DNA of 64,000 nucleotides from the human T2T-CHM13v2.0 reference genome, Homo sapiens: the NCBI RefSeq assembly GCF_009914755.1, contig NC_060927.1; one strand, given 5' to 3'. The notes under the pieces were generated by a model, which did no database searches, was not told where the DNA came from, and saw only the letters and a list, made by a program, of their open reading frames with translations. The translations under genes and the position numbers were made by a program. Shown here piece after piece: positions 33,124 through 54,083 of the stretch (position 1 is its first letter; every line of letters begins with the position of its first letter).

Positions 33124-33420
33124 GGCTGGGAGTGGTGGCTCATGCCTGTAATCTCAGCACTTCAGGAGGCTAAGGAAGGAGATCATTTGAGGTCAGAAGT
33201 TTGAGACCAGCCTGAGCAACATAGCCAGATGCTGCCTCTATAAAAAAATTTTTTTTAATTAGCCAGGCATAGTGGTGCACGCCTGCAGTCCCAGTTGCTT
33301 GGGAGGCTGAGGAAGGGGGATTACTTGAGCCCAAGAGTTTGAGGTTACAATGAGCTGTGATAGAGCCACTGTACTCTGGCCTGGGTGACAGAGTGAGATC
33401 TTATGTCTAAAAATAATAAT
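33124..33420 (+). mobile_element. AluJ-like
   Basis: Diverged full dimer. Confidence 0.88.
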
Positions 33421-34718
33421 TTTAACAATTTTGCTCTTTTAACACTTCATTTGCTGCAGTTCAGTAAAGTGATCAATTTGAAGAATATGGTATTTTCTTT
33501 AAATGAACACGTAAAAAACTAGAATTTTAGGAAGTCTTAGCATTTCTTAGAGGATTCCAAAGGTCTGCAGTAACAGAACCAATTTAATATGTAAGAATTT
33601 AATTCTTAGTTACTCTCAGTAAATTAAGATCTATATTGTGCCAACTGAGAGCCAAACATTTCCTTATTTATAGGGTTTCCAAGGCAGTCTTAGAATCGGA
33701 AGCTTAAGAATTACATAGACACCTGTTACCTCCACCTGCTCAAGTTCTTCCTCAGGCAGAAGTGATCAGTCAAAATTATGCAGAAAAGGCCAGGCTGACT
33801 CTTGTAATCCATCCCATTCCTGGCACCCATACTTGCTGTCCTCCAGTACAATGTTTTTCCTGGCAAGCGTCCAATGCTACAGATTCAATCTCTTTTAAGG
33901 CAGAAACTCCTTCTTATTCATTTTTGTATCCCTACACCCGAGCACACCTTAGACTGACCAATGGTCCAGACTTGCCCACAACTGTTTGAGCTTTTGCACT
34001 GAAAGACCTGCAGCCCAGCAAACCCCTTGGTCTCGGGCAAACCTACATACTCATGAACAGCTATTGAAAATGTGAAAAAAAATCACTGAATAAAAGAATA
34101 AACAACGGATATGGAATTAAATAAGATTACTAGAAAAAGTCAAACCTTTTGACCTTTGTTGCTTTTAAAAAAAAATCACATAATGATAAAATAAAAAAAA
34201 CAAGTTGCCATTGCTTTTAAACTAAGGGGATGCCAAAAGCTCTGGACTGAAGATGAGGAAGTAGCTCCATGATCATTTATTAGCAGAGACAAGACCCCGA
34301 ATTCCGCCTTGGGAGGTTCTCTTCTGGGCGGCTCTGTTTGGCTGCCTGCCATTTTGAATGTGTTCTACTCATAAAAATCATCCAAATCTAAAGAAAATAT
34401 TCTTGAACTTTGCAAGATTGTTTCCTTTGAATGGTTGCATATATTTTTACCTTTGCTTTCATAAGCAGATAAAATGTTAACATGTGTATTAAGGAATACC
34501 TGGTCTATTTCATAGAAATATATCTTCAAAACACAAGTTGGCAAAAGAAGCACAGATAATTCCCCATATGCGTGCCTGGTGAAACTTCACCTTGTTTTGG
34601 TGCAGAAAGCTGTATCAGCACTGCACAATAAGTTAGTCTGTGATTTAGATCATAGGAAATATTTTTACAACAGTCTACCTGAATTGACAAACAAACTAAC
34701 AAGCAAAAAACCTTTACA

Positions 34719-34850
34719 AAGGATAACCATTTAATTTATCACCCAAACCAGGACCCTTTTGAGAGTGAAAAGGGGGCACTAGTAATAATTTTGCTGGGAC
34801 AACAGGGGTAACTGGGACCATCCAGGGGAACCTAGATAAATGGTCCCCTT
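34719..34850. mobile_element. MER94-like hAT MITE
   Basis: AGGATAACCAT...TTTTGAGAGTGAAAAGGGGGCACTA...ATGGTCCCCT, ~130 bp with terminal inverted similarity. Confidence 0.6.
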
Positions 34851-34938
34851 CTTTCCCACTAAGAAAGCCAAACTCAGTTACACATCTCCCCCAAGGCCAA
34901 CCACAACAACAAACCATCTGAAGGTGACCAGGACGCAC

Positions 34939-35167
34939 TTGCACTTGCCAAGGCCCAGCCTCCTCCGTGGATATAAACGACGCTGCGTTTCAGTGGCTCT
35001 TCGGGCTTCGGAGGGCCTTCAAACACTCTGACTTCCACACCATCAAAGTCTGTGTCGGTCACCTTCACTTGGGCAGAAGACCACGCGCTTTTTTTGCCAA
35101 AAGAAACAATGATAAAATTCAGTGCCAGCAGGTGATGGCTCAGTCCCAGGTAGTGGATCAGGTTACT
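34939..35167 (-). CDS. NCEH1: NCEH1 exon 2 with oxyanion-hole motif HGGG
   Basis: ccctgcag acceptor and A/gtgcgt donor; 229 nt; [18 protein letters not shown]...[14 protein letters not shown]. Confidence 0.96.
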
Positions 35168-36260
35168 CTGCAGGGCGAGGGAGGAAATAAAGAGGGAGGG
35201 CGCACGTCAACTTGGCATCACCAGAGCTGCCCTCACCAACTGAGTGTCTGAATTCCTACAAGCAGCTGCCACTGGACTGGAGGGCTCATTGAGCCCTTTT
35301 AATACAAAAACCAATTGTATTTACCTTTTGCTTTTGGACAAAATATTTTCATACATGAGATCTCCTCAGGTATCATCAGTCCCATTTTATTGAGAAGGCT
35401 TAAACAATAACTATGCTTGTTCATTTCATTGGATAAGTGGTAGTTCTGGGACTCAAACCTAAGATTAGGTTTGAATTCCAGGATTCAGTACCTTTTTTTT
35501 CTAAATAAGTATATCACAGTTCCAATAACATACTAGGAGTAAAGAAATAATACTTTATTTCAATGCAAATAAAAGAGGAAAATGTTCTATTTACTTTAAT
35601 TTCTTTAAATTCCTTTGTAACATATATTTGGGTGTGTCTTATTGCTTAATTTCTTTAAATTGCTTTGTAACTTCAATATATTTAATTGTATCTTTAAATG
35701 TGTCTTGTCCTTTTGAAAGGAGCGTGTGAGAAAAAAGAAACATGGTCAAGGGAGGCCCTGGCATTTAGAAGCAGCTCAGCTCAGATATAACCAGAAGCTT
35801 TTTAGAAATGAGGCAAAGACCATACTGCCTGATGGTCTCTTCCCTTCTGAACCCTCAGGGTATCAAGCTCTGCATTAAGTGTTCGCAGAAAGTTATTTGG
35901 TTGCAGAAGGAACATAGCAAGGAGACCTAATTTACCCACCAAGCAAAGACACTTCTGAGTTTATATCCTTCTCTCCACTTTCGCAAGTTCATCAGGAAGG
36001 GGAACAGCTGGAGAGTAACAGTGCTCTTTTGTAGATGATGAAACAGAACACTGGTGATTAATGATCATAAGATCACGGAAACAATGTTGCTAGCAGAAAT
36101 CAGGACTATATGATGTCTGCGATGTGGCACCTTACAGCTTCTCAGGCTGTGCACAGCGTACGACGGTACACCTTGAAGAGGGTCCGTGTGTGCTCATCGC
36201 CTCAGCCTCTGGGCAAATTCCTGAGCCCTTTACCCCAGTGTCCCATATAAACATTATAAC

Positions 36261-36321
36261 TGTGTGTGTATATTTTATATATACATACATATATATATAT
36301 ACACACACACATATATATATG
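36261..36321. repeat. (TA)n/(CA)n compound microsatellite
   Basis: Read directly from the sequence. Confidence 0.9.
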
Positions 36322-37273
36322 TCCTGTCCTGTCATGAAAAGAGTTAGAAAGCACTATATTATAACAGCATTAGCAAATGTTAATGAAAAACAAGAACAAG
36401 AGGCAGTTAATCAAACAATGAACAGCTATTTTAGGAATTCCTTTAATATTATTCGCTGGCAAGTATAAGCAGCAGCAGAGCAAATGAATATTAAGAAAAT
36501 TCAACTTCTACATGTGCCCTGACATCAACTGCCCAATTTACTGAACAAGTTGAAACTGTTCATGTCTTTGATACTAATTTATGCATGTGTACATGCACAT
36601 ATGTGTTCACACATGTACTGCACAGAGGATTCTAACTATCAACTTAAGTTCTTTGGTAAATTGGAAGAAGGCAATTACCATTCGAGTTTTGTGGTAAAAT
36701 GTTAGTCTAATTTAGAGAATATTGAGATCTGCCAGGGAATAGCTAAGAATCACTGTATTTCCAAAGTTTCTAGAGTAGATATAATAAACCCTTGTTAACA
36801 CCATTATCAATTAATAGGGAACATGCAAGCTCCATTCCACTTGTCACAGGACAGGTAGTTTGACTGGCACGAAACGATGAAATATGAACAAAGAAATGGC
36901 AGACCTGGCTCTGTTGTATTATGAACTGTACTTTTCTTTTTAATTAAATGAAGACTTTCTTAAACACTTGAGACAAATTACATGAGTTTCTTTAACTATA
37001 TGAAGCTGTAAAACAAGTGAATTGTCTTTATATGACAGATATGAGAAGACTGTACATTTTATAAGAGAGCCCACCTCGAGTTTCCTTTATGTAATGCATG
37101 CTCTGAGTACATGCGGGTTTGACTCAATTTGTTCATACCTTTCCAGAAACATCTCTCCATGTTAGCTTATGTTTCGCTTGCATTCACAGAATACTTGAAC
37201 AACCATCTGCATTGTTTACAATAGCAACACAGTGGTGTGGGGGTAGAAGTGCTGATTAGAAAAGGGACAATTT

Positions 37274-37889
<616 letters not shown>

Positions 37890-38616
37890 GGGACAATTTG
37901 TTTATGCAGGGTAAAAGACAGGAATATGAAAGGGTAGGTAGATGAGTAGAAAAAGAATTTAGAGAACTGCTACAAGAAAAACTGTGCTAATGTTCACAAT
38001 TGTATTGATAAATTAGAGTTATACTAGAGCCAATATCAAGACTGTTTGAAAACTTGAAAATTGATATGAACAGTAACCTGTTGTTAATTACTTTTCTTGG
38101 TACTATTATAAATAATAGCTATCACTGCCTGAGTGCCTACAGTGAGTGCTAGGGTAGGTTGCTGAATTCTGGCTACTATTCTGTGAGGTAGGTACTATTA
38201 TCTTGCTTACAGAGAGAAGAGAACAGAAGCTTAGACATTAAGGAGCCAGTACAGAAGCTGGATTTCTAAAACCTTGAGGGGCTGCAGGACTTACAGAATT
38301 GCCTAGAAATGCTGGTGTAAATCAGTGTGGGTCCTGGAAGCTGCTCTGAGCCCTATCCAGTATGCGATAACATTTGCATGTCTATATGATATCAATGACA
38401 AACTCATGAATATTACCTAACTTTTTTTTTACTCAAATATCTTTCCCTTAGCTCTTCACATTACTCTCCTCCTACCATACTGCCCAGAAAATAAATTCAG
38501 TAGCCACACCTTTCTATAGTTGTTACTTCTTTGAAGGGCTATGAGAAAAAAAAGCAAAGAAACGGGAGTTCCTTCCTTCCTTTGGATTTTTAAAAGCCTG
38601 TATCTTTTGGAGAATC

Positions 38617-38911
38617 TTTTTTTTTTTTTGAGGTAGAGTCTCGCTCTGTTACCCAGGCTGGAATGCAGTGGTGTGATCTCGGCTCACTGAAACCTCCGCC
38701 TCCCAGATTCAAGCTATTCTCGTGCCTTAGCCTCCCAAGTAGCTGAGATTACAGGCATGCACCACCACTCCTGGCTACATTTTGTAGTTTTAGTAGAGAC
38801 AGGGTTTTGCCACATTGGCAAGGCTGTTTTCGAACTCCTGGCCTCAAGTGATCCACCCACCTCGGCCTCCCAAAATGCTGGGATTACAGGCATGAGCCAC
38901 CGCGCCCGGCC
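38617..38911 (-). mobile_element. Alu (AluS-like)
   Basis: Full dimer; TSD gagaatctttt. Confidence 0.92.
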
Positions 38912-39753
38912 GAGAATCTTTTAAAAAATAGGCATTGATTTAGAAGATTACATGACGAATAAGAAGTCTCCTAGAATAGAAAGTGATTTCCCAGGCTAGA
39001 TGGTAGAAGAGGGGAAGAGAAAGTGTTGCAGAGGAAATGAGGGCTGTATAGATAAATATCTGGGAGCCAATGAAAAAAGAACCCTGGGGTGCAAAAACTC
39101 CCAGATAGGTCTGTGGAATCTGAAGCAGCTGACCCTGTGCCTCATACCCAGACAGAACCCTGGAAAGAGGCAAGACCTTAGGGAAGAGTAGATGCAAGGT
39201 ATGTCTAGAAAGATAATGCCTCAAATGGCCTTAGAGCCCCAGGCTCCAGCTGGTGAGGGAAAAACAGAATGATTCTGTGTGCCCAGTGAAAGCATAAATG
39301 TAGCAGGGTCTGCATGAATGTCTTGCAGATGGACCTAAGACAATCTATCTTTTCTCCACAGCCCATTATATGTACCCAAGAGTTCAACAGGAATAGAAAT
39401 GTGTGCTAATGGATTTGAAAGATCTACTGTCTTACAGATAAGAACAAAGGATATCTCAGGACAAACTGTAAGGATCAAACACCAAGGATCAGGTGGAACA
39501 GTGATGTGGGCTGAGGATGAGTGATACCCACATGGCTTCCCCAAACCACAATGCCTCAGCACTGTATAAGATCCTCCAAAACCTAAAAGCAAACAGTGAT
39601 GAGTGGGAATTCCTAAACTCACTGGGAATAAGTTTCCTACCTAAAGGATGAAGGCTTAAAATATAGATCAAGTTATATTTCCCTGAGCTTATGAAATCAG
39701 ATTCAGAGTCACACAAGTAACATTCTGGAAGTAATAAAGTTTCCTGAAACCTC

Positions 39754-40057
<304 letters not shown>

Positions 40058-40708
40058 TCCTGAAACCTCTTTAGAAGGAGCTGGGAAACTCCAGGAGAAC
40101 ACAGAAGCAAGCCAAATTTTAAGGGCCTAATGGGCTGTAAATTACTCCATCTTGGCTAAAGTAAGCTAGGGCAGTGCTAGAGGTCTTAAAACTTGCCTCC
40201 ATAACCATTCCAGGATCTAGGGGAAGAATTCTGCCTAATGAGATGGAAGGGGATAAAGGGTACTCATTACGCCCCAGTGGAACCAGACAAAGAAATCCGG
40301 TGGGGCACTGGCTCCCTACCCAGGTCTGATGGCTGAAGATCAAAGGACAAACAAGAATCAAAGGAAACCAAGCAGAAACTGTGCTCTGTTTATGAATATA
40401 TAAATTAGTTATGTTTATATATGGGGTTGGTCTCTGTTGACTAAGTCAACATAGAAATTATGAAGTATACCCTATGGGCAGAGAACTTTGTAGGGGAGAA
40501 AGAGAATCATCTGAAACTTAGAGTAATAGAGGAGAACCAAGGCTTGCAAATGAATAGCTGATGTTAGTTAGCTAAGCAGTAAGTGGTAAGAAAGGCCTAG
40601 ATAAAGGGTTGCACAAGCTCAGAGAAGAAAGGAATTACCTCTGTCTGGGGATGAAATCCAGTAAGGTGTCTGGCCCTCAATTACATCTTAGATGATGTCC
40701 CATCATAG

Positions 40709-41116
<408 letters not shown>

Positions 41117-43546
41117 TGGAAAGTGTTTTAACTCAAAACACCTATGGGTAGGTAAGGTATACAAGCAAAATGGAGGCAAGAGGAGCATGGCAATAACAGG
41201 TTCAATCTAAAGGAGGCATGCGCAGCACAGAAGTCTGCAGCATATAATCCAGAGCCAGAGCACCTGGGCTAAAATCCCAGCTCCCTCACTTACCAGCACT
41301 GGGCCCCTGGGCAAATGACCAAACCTCTCTGTACCTCAATCTCCCATCCACAATATGGAAGTAATTATACACATGACCTCAAAAGATTGTTGTGAAGACT
41401 GAAAACTAAGGCACCTAGAACAGTGCCTGTCACATAAGAAGCCCTTTATGAGTCAGTTATCACTGATATTACACCTCTGCTCCAGAAGATCATTGCGTAA
41501 AAAAGTGAGCCCAGCGACAGATATTCCAATGTTTCTAGGGAAGCTGAGACTATCGTTTTTCCTATTATGCACATTTGTTATTAGTTCCACATGGATTATC
41601 AAGTCCTGAAATTGTTGCAGGTTAAAAAAGATGTACAACAGTGATCTTTAAAAAGCTTATTTGTATGGTCATATTGAAGGGGAAGGAGGCAGCTGGGGAA
41701 GAACCAGCAGCACACTGATAACCCATACACATCAATGACTTCGCATCTGGTCAAGTTTCAACATGAACCAGCAACATTAACACTTAAAGCATCGATTCTA
41801 ACTCACTACCTGATTCGTTCTTCACATTCGAAGGTTTGTATTCTATGTCAGTGACTCTCCAATTTTTCCACTACGGTCACTTCATTCAGTCCATCAGCTT
41901 TTTAATTCTCTTTATATTTTGCTCTAATTGTGTCTATTATAAGAAAAAATCTATAATCTCATGGAACATTTATTTATCTGCATGAAAATATGAGAATTTA
42001 ATTAAAATATTAATGTTTAATGTTCAATTAAGAGATGGACCTTAAAGTAGAGGTATGGAACCAAGCCTAGGAGAGAAAAGACAGAGGCTGTCCAAAGAGA
42101 CTGCCTGGACGCAGTACCAGCTGAGGTGAATTGAGTTTTAATGAAGTAAAGATTCAGATTCACTCAAGTAACCTGAAAGTAACAAAGTTTCCTGAAACCT
42201 CTTTAGAAGTAGCTGGGAAATCCAGGAACACACAGAATTGTGTTAAGGGCCCTGTGAGCTGCAAATTACCCTGTCTTGGCTAGCTGAAGTAATCTAGAAC
42301 AGTTCTAGAGGTCTTAAAACTTGCCTCCATAACCATTCCAGGATCTAGGGGAAGAATTCCACCTAAGGAGATGGAAGGGGAATAAGGGTACTCATTACGC
42401 CTCAGTGGAACCGGACAGTAAAATCTGGTGGCGCACTGGCTCTGTACCCAGGTAGTTGGTTCATGTTGAAACTTGACCAGATGCTAAGTTATTTATGTGT
42501 ATGGAGTATCAGTATGCTACTGGTTCTTCCCTAGCCTCCTGCTTCCCCTTTGATACATGATCAGAAGGCTGGAGAAGGAGAGAGAGTTGGGGAAAGGCAA
42601 ACAGATGTTTCTGGTCACAGGGCGGTGTTCACGCTTTAGTCCTCTGCCCACCGCCCTGACCTAGTAAGAACAGAAAGAGAACCCACAAGGTATCAAAGTC
42701 CGCTTTCCTATTCTCAACTAGAATACAAGGTCAAAAACATATCTTCACTTGCTGAGGCCTGGATCTCTACTCCAACCCAACTCTGATCAAAGCACAGCGC
42801 TGAGCACCATTTCTGGGAGGATTTAGGCCACATGGTAAATTCCACCAGAGAGGGAAAGTTAATTTGCTCAGGTAAAGTTGAATAAATTTAAAAAATGGAA
42901 GCTTCAGAAACACCCTCACTTAAAGAGCTGGTGAGCAGGACAGGAAAAACCAATCAATAAAAGACAAAAAAGAACAAGAGAGGGAGTGAGAAAAAGAGAG
43001 AAAAGGGACAAATCGTTAGTGTGGCAACAGAAACAAGAAACTGGAGATATTAAGGGGGAAGAGATTTCAAGAAGGCAGGTTGTCAAATGTCTGCAGAGAG
43101 GCCAAGTAGATCATTGGTGTTGGCTATGGGTTCACTGGTGAACCTATTAAGGACAGTTTCATCCAAGATATGGGGCTGAAAATCATATTGTAATGGGTTG
43201 CAAAGTGAGCAGGAGTTGAAGAAAGAGAGAGAGTAAATGCAGGCAGATTACGTTCACTGTTTGTAGACATAAGGAAGGCACTAGAACAGTTGGGAGAGAC
43301 TTGAGCGTGCTTCTTGGGAAAGAGCTTGTCAAGAGAGAGACAAAGTTACAGAAGTAAAAGGAATTGAGTGAATTGAGATCCTAGAGGAAGGAGGACATAG
43401 GATCTGGAAAGCAGATGGAAGGGAGAATTCATAACAGGTAATTTATAGACGGCAAGGAGGCAAAGTGAGAAGATATATCTCTAAATAGAATTTGATTTCT
43501 GTGGATGTCAGTTCTGTCTTTGTCCTAAAGAAGATAGTGACTTTTT

Positions 43547-43835
43547 GGCTGGGCGCAGTGGCTCAGGCCTGTAATCCCAGCACTTTGGGAGGCCGAGGCA
43601 GGTGCATCATGAGGTCAGGAGATCAAGATCATCCTGGCCAACATGGTGAAACCCTGTCTGTACTAAAAAATACAAAAATTAGCCTGGCGTGGTGATGCGC
43701 GCCTGTAATCCCAGCTACTTGGGAGGCTGACGCAGGAGAATTGCTTGACACCGGGAGGCAGAGACTTGCAGTGAGCCAATATTGCACCACTGCACTCCAG
43801 CCTGGCAACAGAGTGAGACTCCGGCCAAAAAAAAA
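43547..43835 (+). mobile_element. Alu (AluSc-like)
   Basis: Full dimer; TSD aaga(t/c)agtgactttt. Confidence 0.92.
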
Positions 43836-44999
43836 GACAGTGACTTTTCAAAGACTGCCCTCTTTGAAGGTAACCCATTGCAATCTGGCTTCAGCCCCAT
43901 ATGTCTGATGAAACTATCCATTAGGCTCACCAATGAACCCCTGACCCCAATGCCAATGCCGATGCCAATGACCCACTTGGCCTCACTGCAGACATTTGAC
44001 AACTTGTGCTTTCTTGAAACTTTCTTCCCTCTTCTCCAGTTTCTTGTTTTTCTTGCCACACTAACAGTTCATCCCCCACTCCCCCCATTTTTATTTTCTT
44101 TTTGTCTTTTATTGATTGGTTCTTACACTCCTGACCACTGGCCCTTTAAATGATGATGTTCTCAAAAGTTCCATTTTTTATTTCATTCGACTTCACAATT
44201 CCTTCTTTCCTTGAGCAAGCCAATGTACTATCATGGCAAATAGGAAGTATTTACCAGCAGCCTACTAAATTCAAAGCCTATGACCTGTATTCATATACTG
44301 ATTTCTAGTCCTTGATCTATCTTTCTCAAGCTTCCATACATATTTCCAAACATCTCCAGGATCTAGCCTACAAGCTCCTCAAAATTAATATGGCCTACTC
44401 TCCCTTCTCCACCCCTAGAGCAATTAACGACACAAATTCTCAATTATCTAACCATAAGTCTAACTTCTAAGCTAGAAACCTTACTATTGTCCTCAGCTTC
44501 TTCTCTCACATGATTTCCAATCACCTCATCAAACCCTATTAACTCCACCTGCCAACGTTTTCTGACCAAGTTCTACCCCAGCTCCACCCCCGCTCTCGTT
44601 GCTGCCTTGGCTAAGATGCTCATTATTTTCTGCACTTGCCTGCTAACTTGAATTCTAGATAACAGTCTTTCTCTATAACTTGCTGCATACTGCTGTCAGA
44701 GTTTCTACCCTGAAAGGCTGATCACATTACCTGCCTGCTTAAAAACTTCTGCTGACTTCCTGTTTCTTACAGGAAAAAAAGAAAAATCTAAAGTTGGCAT
44801 TCCAGTCTGGTCCCACTCTACATTGGAACCTCATTTCTCACCACCCTACCCCTTGCAGTCAAGCATAACTTGCCTAACATTTTTCATTTTTTTAACCTGC
44901 CATTCTCTTTGGCAATGCCCTTCACTGGTATGCTGAAACCAGCTCTTGCTGGGTCTCACAAACCAAATGATAAATCTACAGGAATTTTGCAAGTCAGTT

Positions 45000-45378
45000 T
45001 GTCAGAGGTATGTGACCCAGAGCATCTCTGTCTTGAATAGGGGCTGGGTAAAATGAGGCTGAGACCTACTGGGCTGCATTCTCAGATGGTTAAGGCATTC
45101 TAAGTCACAGGATGAGACAGGAGGTCAGCACAAAACACAGGTCATAGAGACCTTGCTGATAAAACAGGTTGCAGTAAAGTAGCCGGATAAAACCCATCAA
45201 AACCAAGATGGCAATGAGAGTGACCTCTGGTGGTCCTCACTGCTACACTCCCACCAGCACCATGACAGTTTACAAATGCCACCGCAACATCAGGAAGTTA
45301 CCCTGTATAATCTAAAAGGGGAGGCATGAATAATCTACCCTTGTTTAGCGCATAAGAAATAACCATAAAAATGGGCAC
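45000..45378 (+). mobile_element. MER41A-like LTR, 3'-truncated
   Basis: TGTCAGAGG...TTGAATAGGGGCTGGGTAAAATGAGGCTGAGACCTACTGGGCTGCATT start; similarity stops abruptly after AACCATAAAAATGGGCA. Confidence 0.8.
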
Positions 45379-45898
45379 CTGCTCAGGTTCCAGACCTTTG
45401 GTGGATCGCCATCTGGCTAGGGATTTTTCCTGTACCTGTCCTTCTTCCCTTATTTCTTTTACTCAGAATTATTTTTGTAGAGGAAACCTTTTGTCCCACA
45501 TGAGGGCATGCATGGACCTAAAGGGTTCTATGTGGAGCACAGTGGCACCCTCTACACATAGCAAAGTATTGGACGGAATTATTAAGCCAACCTGTAAAGC
45601 ACAAAATAAGTAGGCAATAGTAGGGTTCTCTCATTAGATTGCACAATTATAAAATTTCCAATTGTTTCCTCAAATATCCAGGAATTTCATGACAAGCTAC
45701 AAAGCAAACCTAAGGAGAACCTTACTGCCACTACATAACAAAATCTAGCTCAGAGAAATAAAAGAGCTCACAGACGGATTTAACACTCTAACCCTGTCAC
45801 CCTAAAACATTTGGTTTTTTTCCTCCCAGAAAACCTCTAGGGCTGCAGTTCAGTCTCAGGAAGGGCAAAAAGGATAAGGTTGTCTCTTTCCAATTCCA

Positions 45899-45934
<36 letters not shown>

Positions 45935-46207
45935 ATCAACACAGAAAACAAGTAGTTTCCATATTGCCAAAATACTGGCTTAGCTCCAAAATCCTCCTAT
46001 AGTCTACAGGATATGTCAAGGGCAGTAGCTCACGTGTGCTGACGTTTGCTCTCTGCTAGTCACTGTTCTCATTGTCAAGGAATCTCAGACCACGGGGGGT
46101 CAGTGAATCACCCAAGGTCACTCAGGCAGTAAATGGTGAACTGGATTTGAACCCAAGCATTCTGGCTCCAAAACCCTCAACCATCACCCTCTATTGCCAT
46201 TCATGAG

Positions 46208-46699
46208 TGTAGGAGTTTGGTCAGGGTGGTGGGAAAAATTATAGAAGTTATAGAGAAAGACAAAAACCTTCTTGGAAGGCTGGGAGGTTTTGCAAAAGCT
46301 TTGAAAGATAATTTGGCTGAAGGCAGCCAAATTCTTTTATCGGGAGGCTGAGAGCAAAAGGCAGATTAACAAGCAAGTATAAAGGAATTGATCTGGTTAA
46401 GTTAGTTTACTTGGGCCTCAGAACCTGGCCTTTAATCATCTGTGCACAGGACTGCTCTCTCCAGGGGGACAACCATGTTAATTACTCACAAGATGTGTTG
46501 ACTCAAAGTCATTAAATCTGTACTAAATAAATGCCTGTAGCACCAGCTTGTCAGGGCTGTGGCTGCTGACTCTTTATAGCACCCTCCTTGGTGTCTGTGA
46601 GTGGCCCGGTCCCCTAGCTGTGCAGCCAGGCAAAAAACCTGTGTCTGCACACATTTTTTCATCCGTTGCTCAGCCAGGGTCTGTGGGCCAGACCTGGCA
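46208..46699 (+). mobile_element. LTR22-family (HERV-K HML-5) solo LTR
   Basis: TGTAGGAG...GGTGGTGGGAAAAATTATAG start and ...CCTGGCA end; 6-bp TSD CATGAG/CATAAG typical of class II ERVs. Confidence 0.8.
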
Positions 46700-46951
46700 C
46701 ATAAGTACATTTATTCTCAAACCTACATCATAAAACTAGAAGATTTTACATCTTAAATTAACATATAGCTTCACATATTTACCCAAAGGGAAACTAAGGC
46801 CCAGAAAGGATTTGTAACTCTCCTGGGCTCAGTGACTATGGCAGCATAGCTCTATGCTTGACCACTCTGGATCAAACAGCCACCCCCATCTTTCCCCTTT
46901 CCTTCAGCTCTTCCTCAACAGCACATCACTCTCTTGAGCCTTCCCTGGTAA

Positions 46952-53707
<6,756 letters not shown>

Positions 53708-53710
53708 TTT

Positions 53711-53728
53711 TGGTGCATTGGCCAGGAA
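53711..53728 (+). other. Retroviral primer-binding site complementary to tRNA-Gly(GCC)
   Basis: TGGTGCATTGGCCAGGAA, 3 nt after the LTR end; 17/18 match to the recalled tRNA-Gly 3' complement TGGTGCATTGGCCGGGAA. Confidence 0.8.
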
Positions 53729-54065
53729 TTCATTCATCGGAGCGGTGAGTATGGAGCAAATCTCAATCTCAGATCTGTCCTTTAATCTCAAGGCTGTCTG
53801 CCGGCTATCCTGTTGCAAAACCTTCCTTCTTTCCTGGTTTCTCTGTCTGCGATCTCTTACTTTCTGTGTGTTGAATGTGTGGGAATTTTTACAGCCTAGA
53901 GAAGTAATCCTGTTAGGCAAGATCAGGAAATGCTGTAGACCTGGGATATAGCTCAGGAAAATGCCATTGCAACCTTCTAGGAACAGAGTTCTCCCCTTTT
54001 CCACCTCCAACAGTGAGATTACCGGCTAGTAATCCTCTGGCGAGCCCAAGGTATTTCTAAGCCAA

Positions 54066-54083
54066 CAGCGCCGCCTAGTGGAA
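54066..54083 (-). promoter_or_regulatory. Candidate CTCF site in the ERV leader
   Basis: Minus strand TTCCACTAGGCGGCGCTG matches the CTCF core; CpGs retained. Confidence 0.55.
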
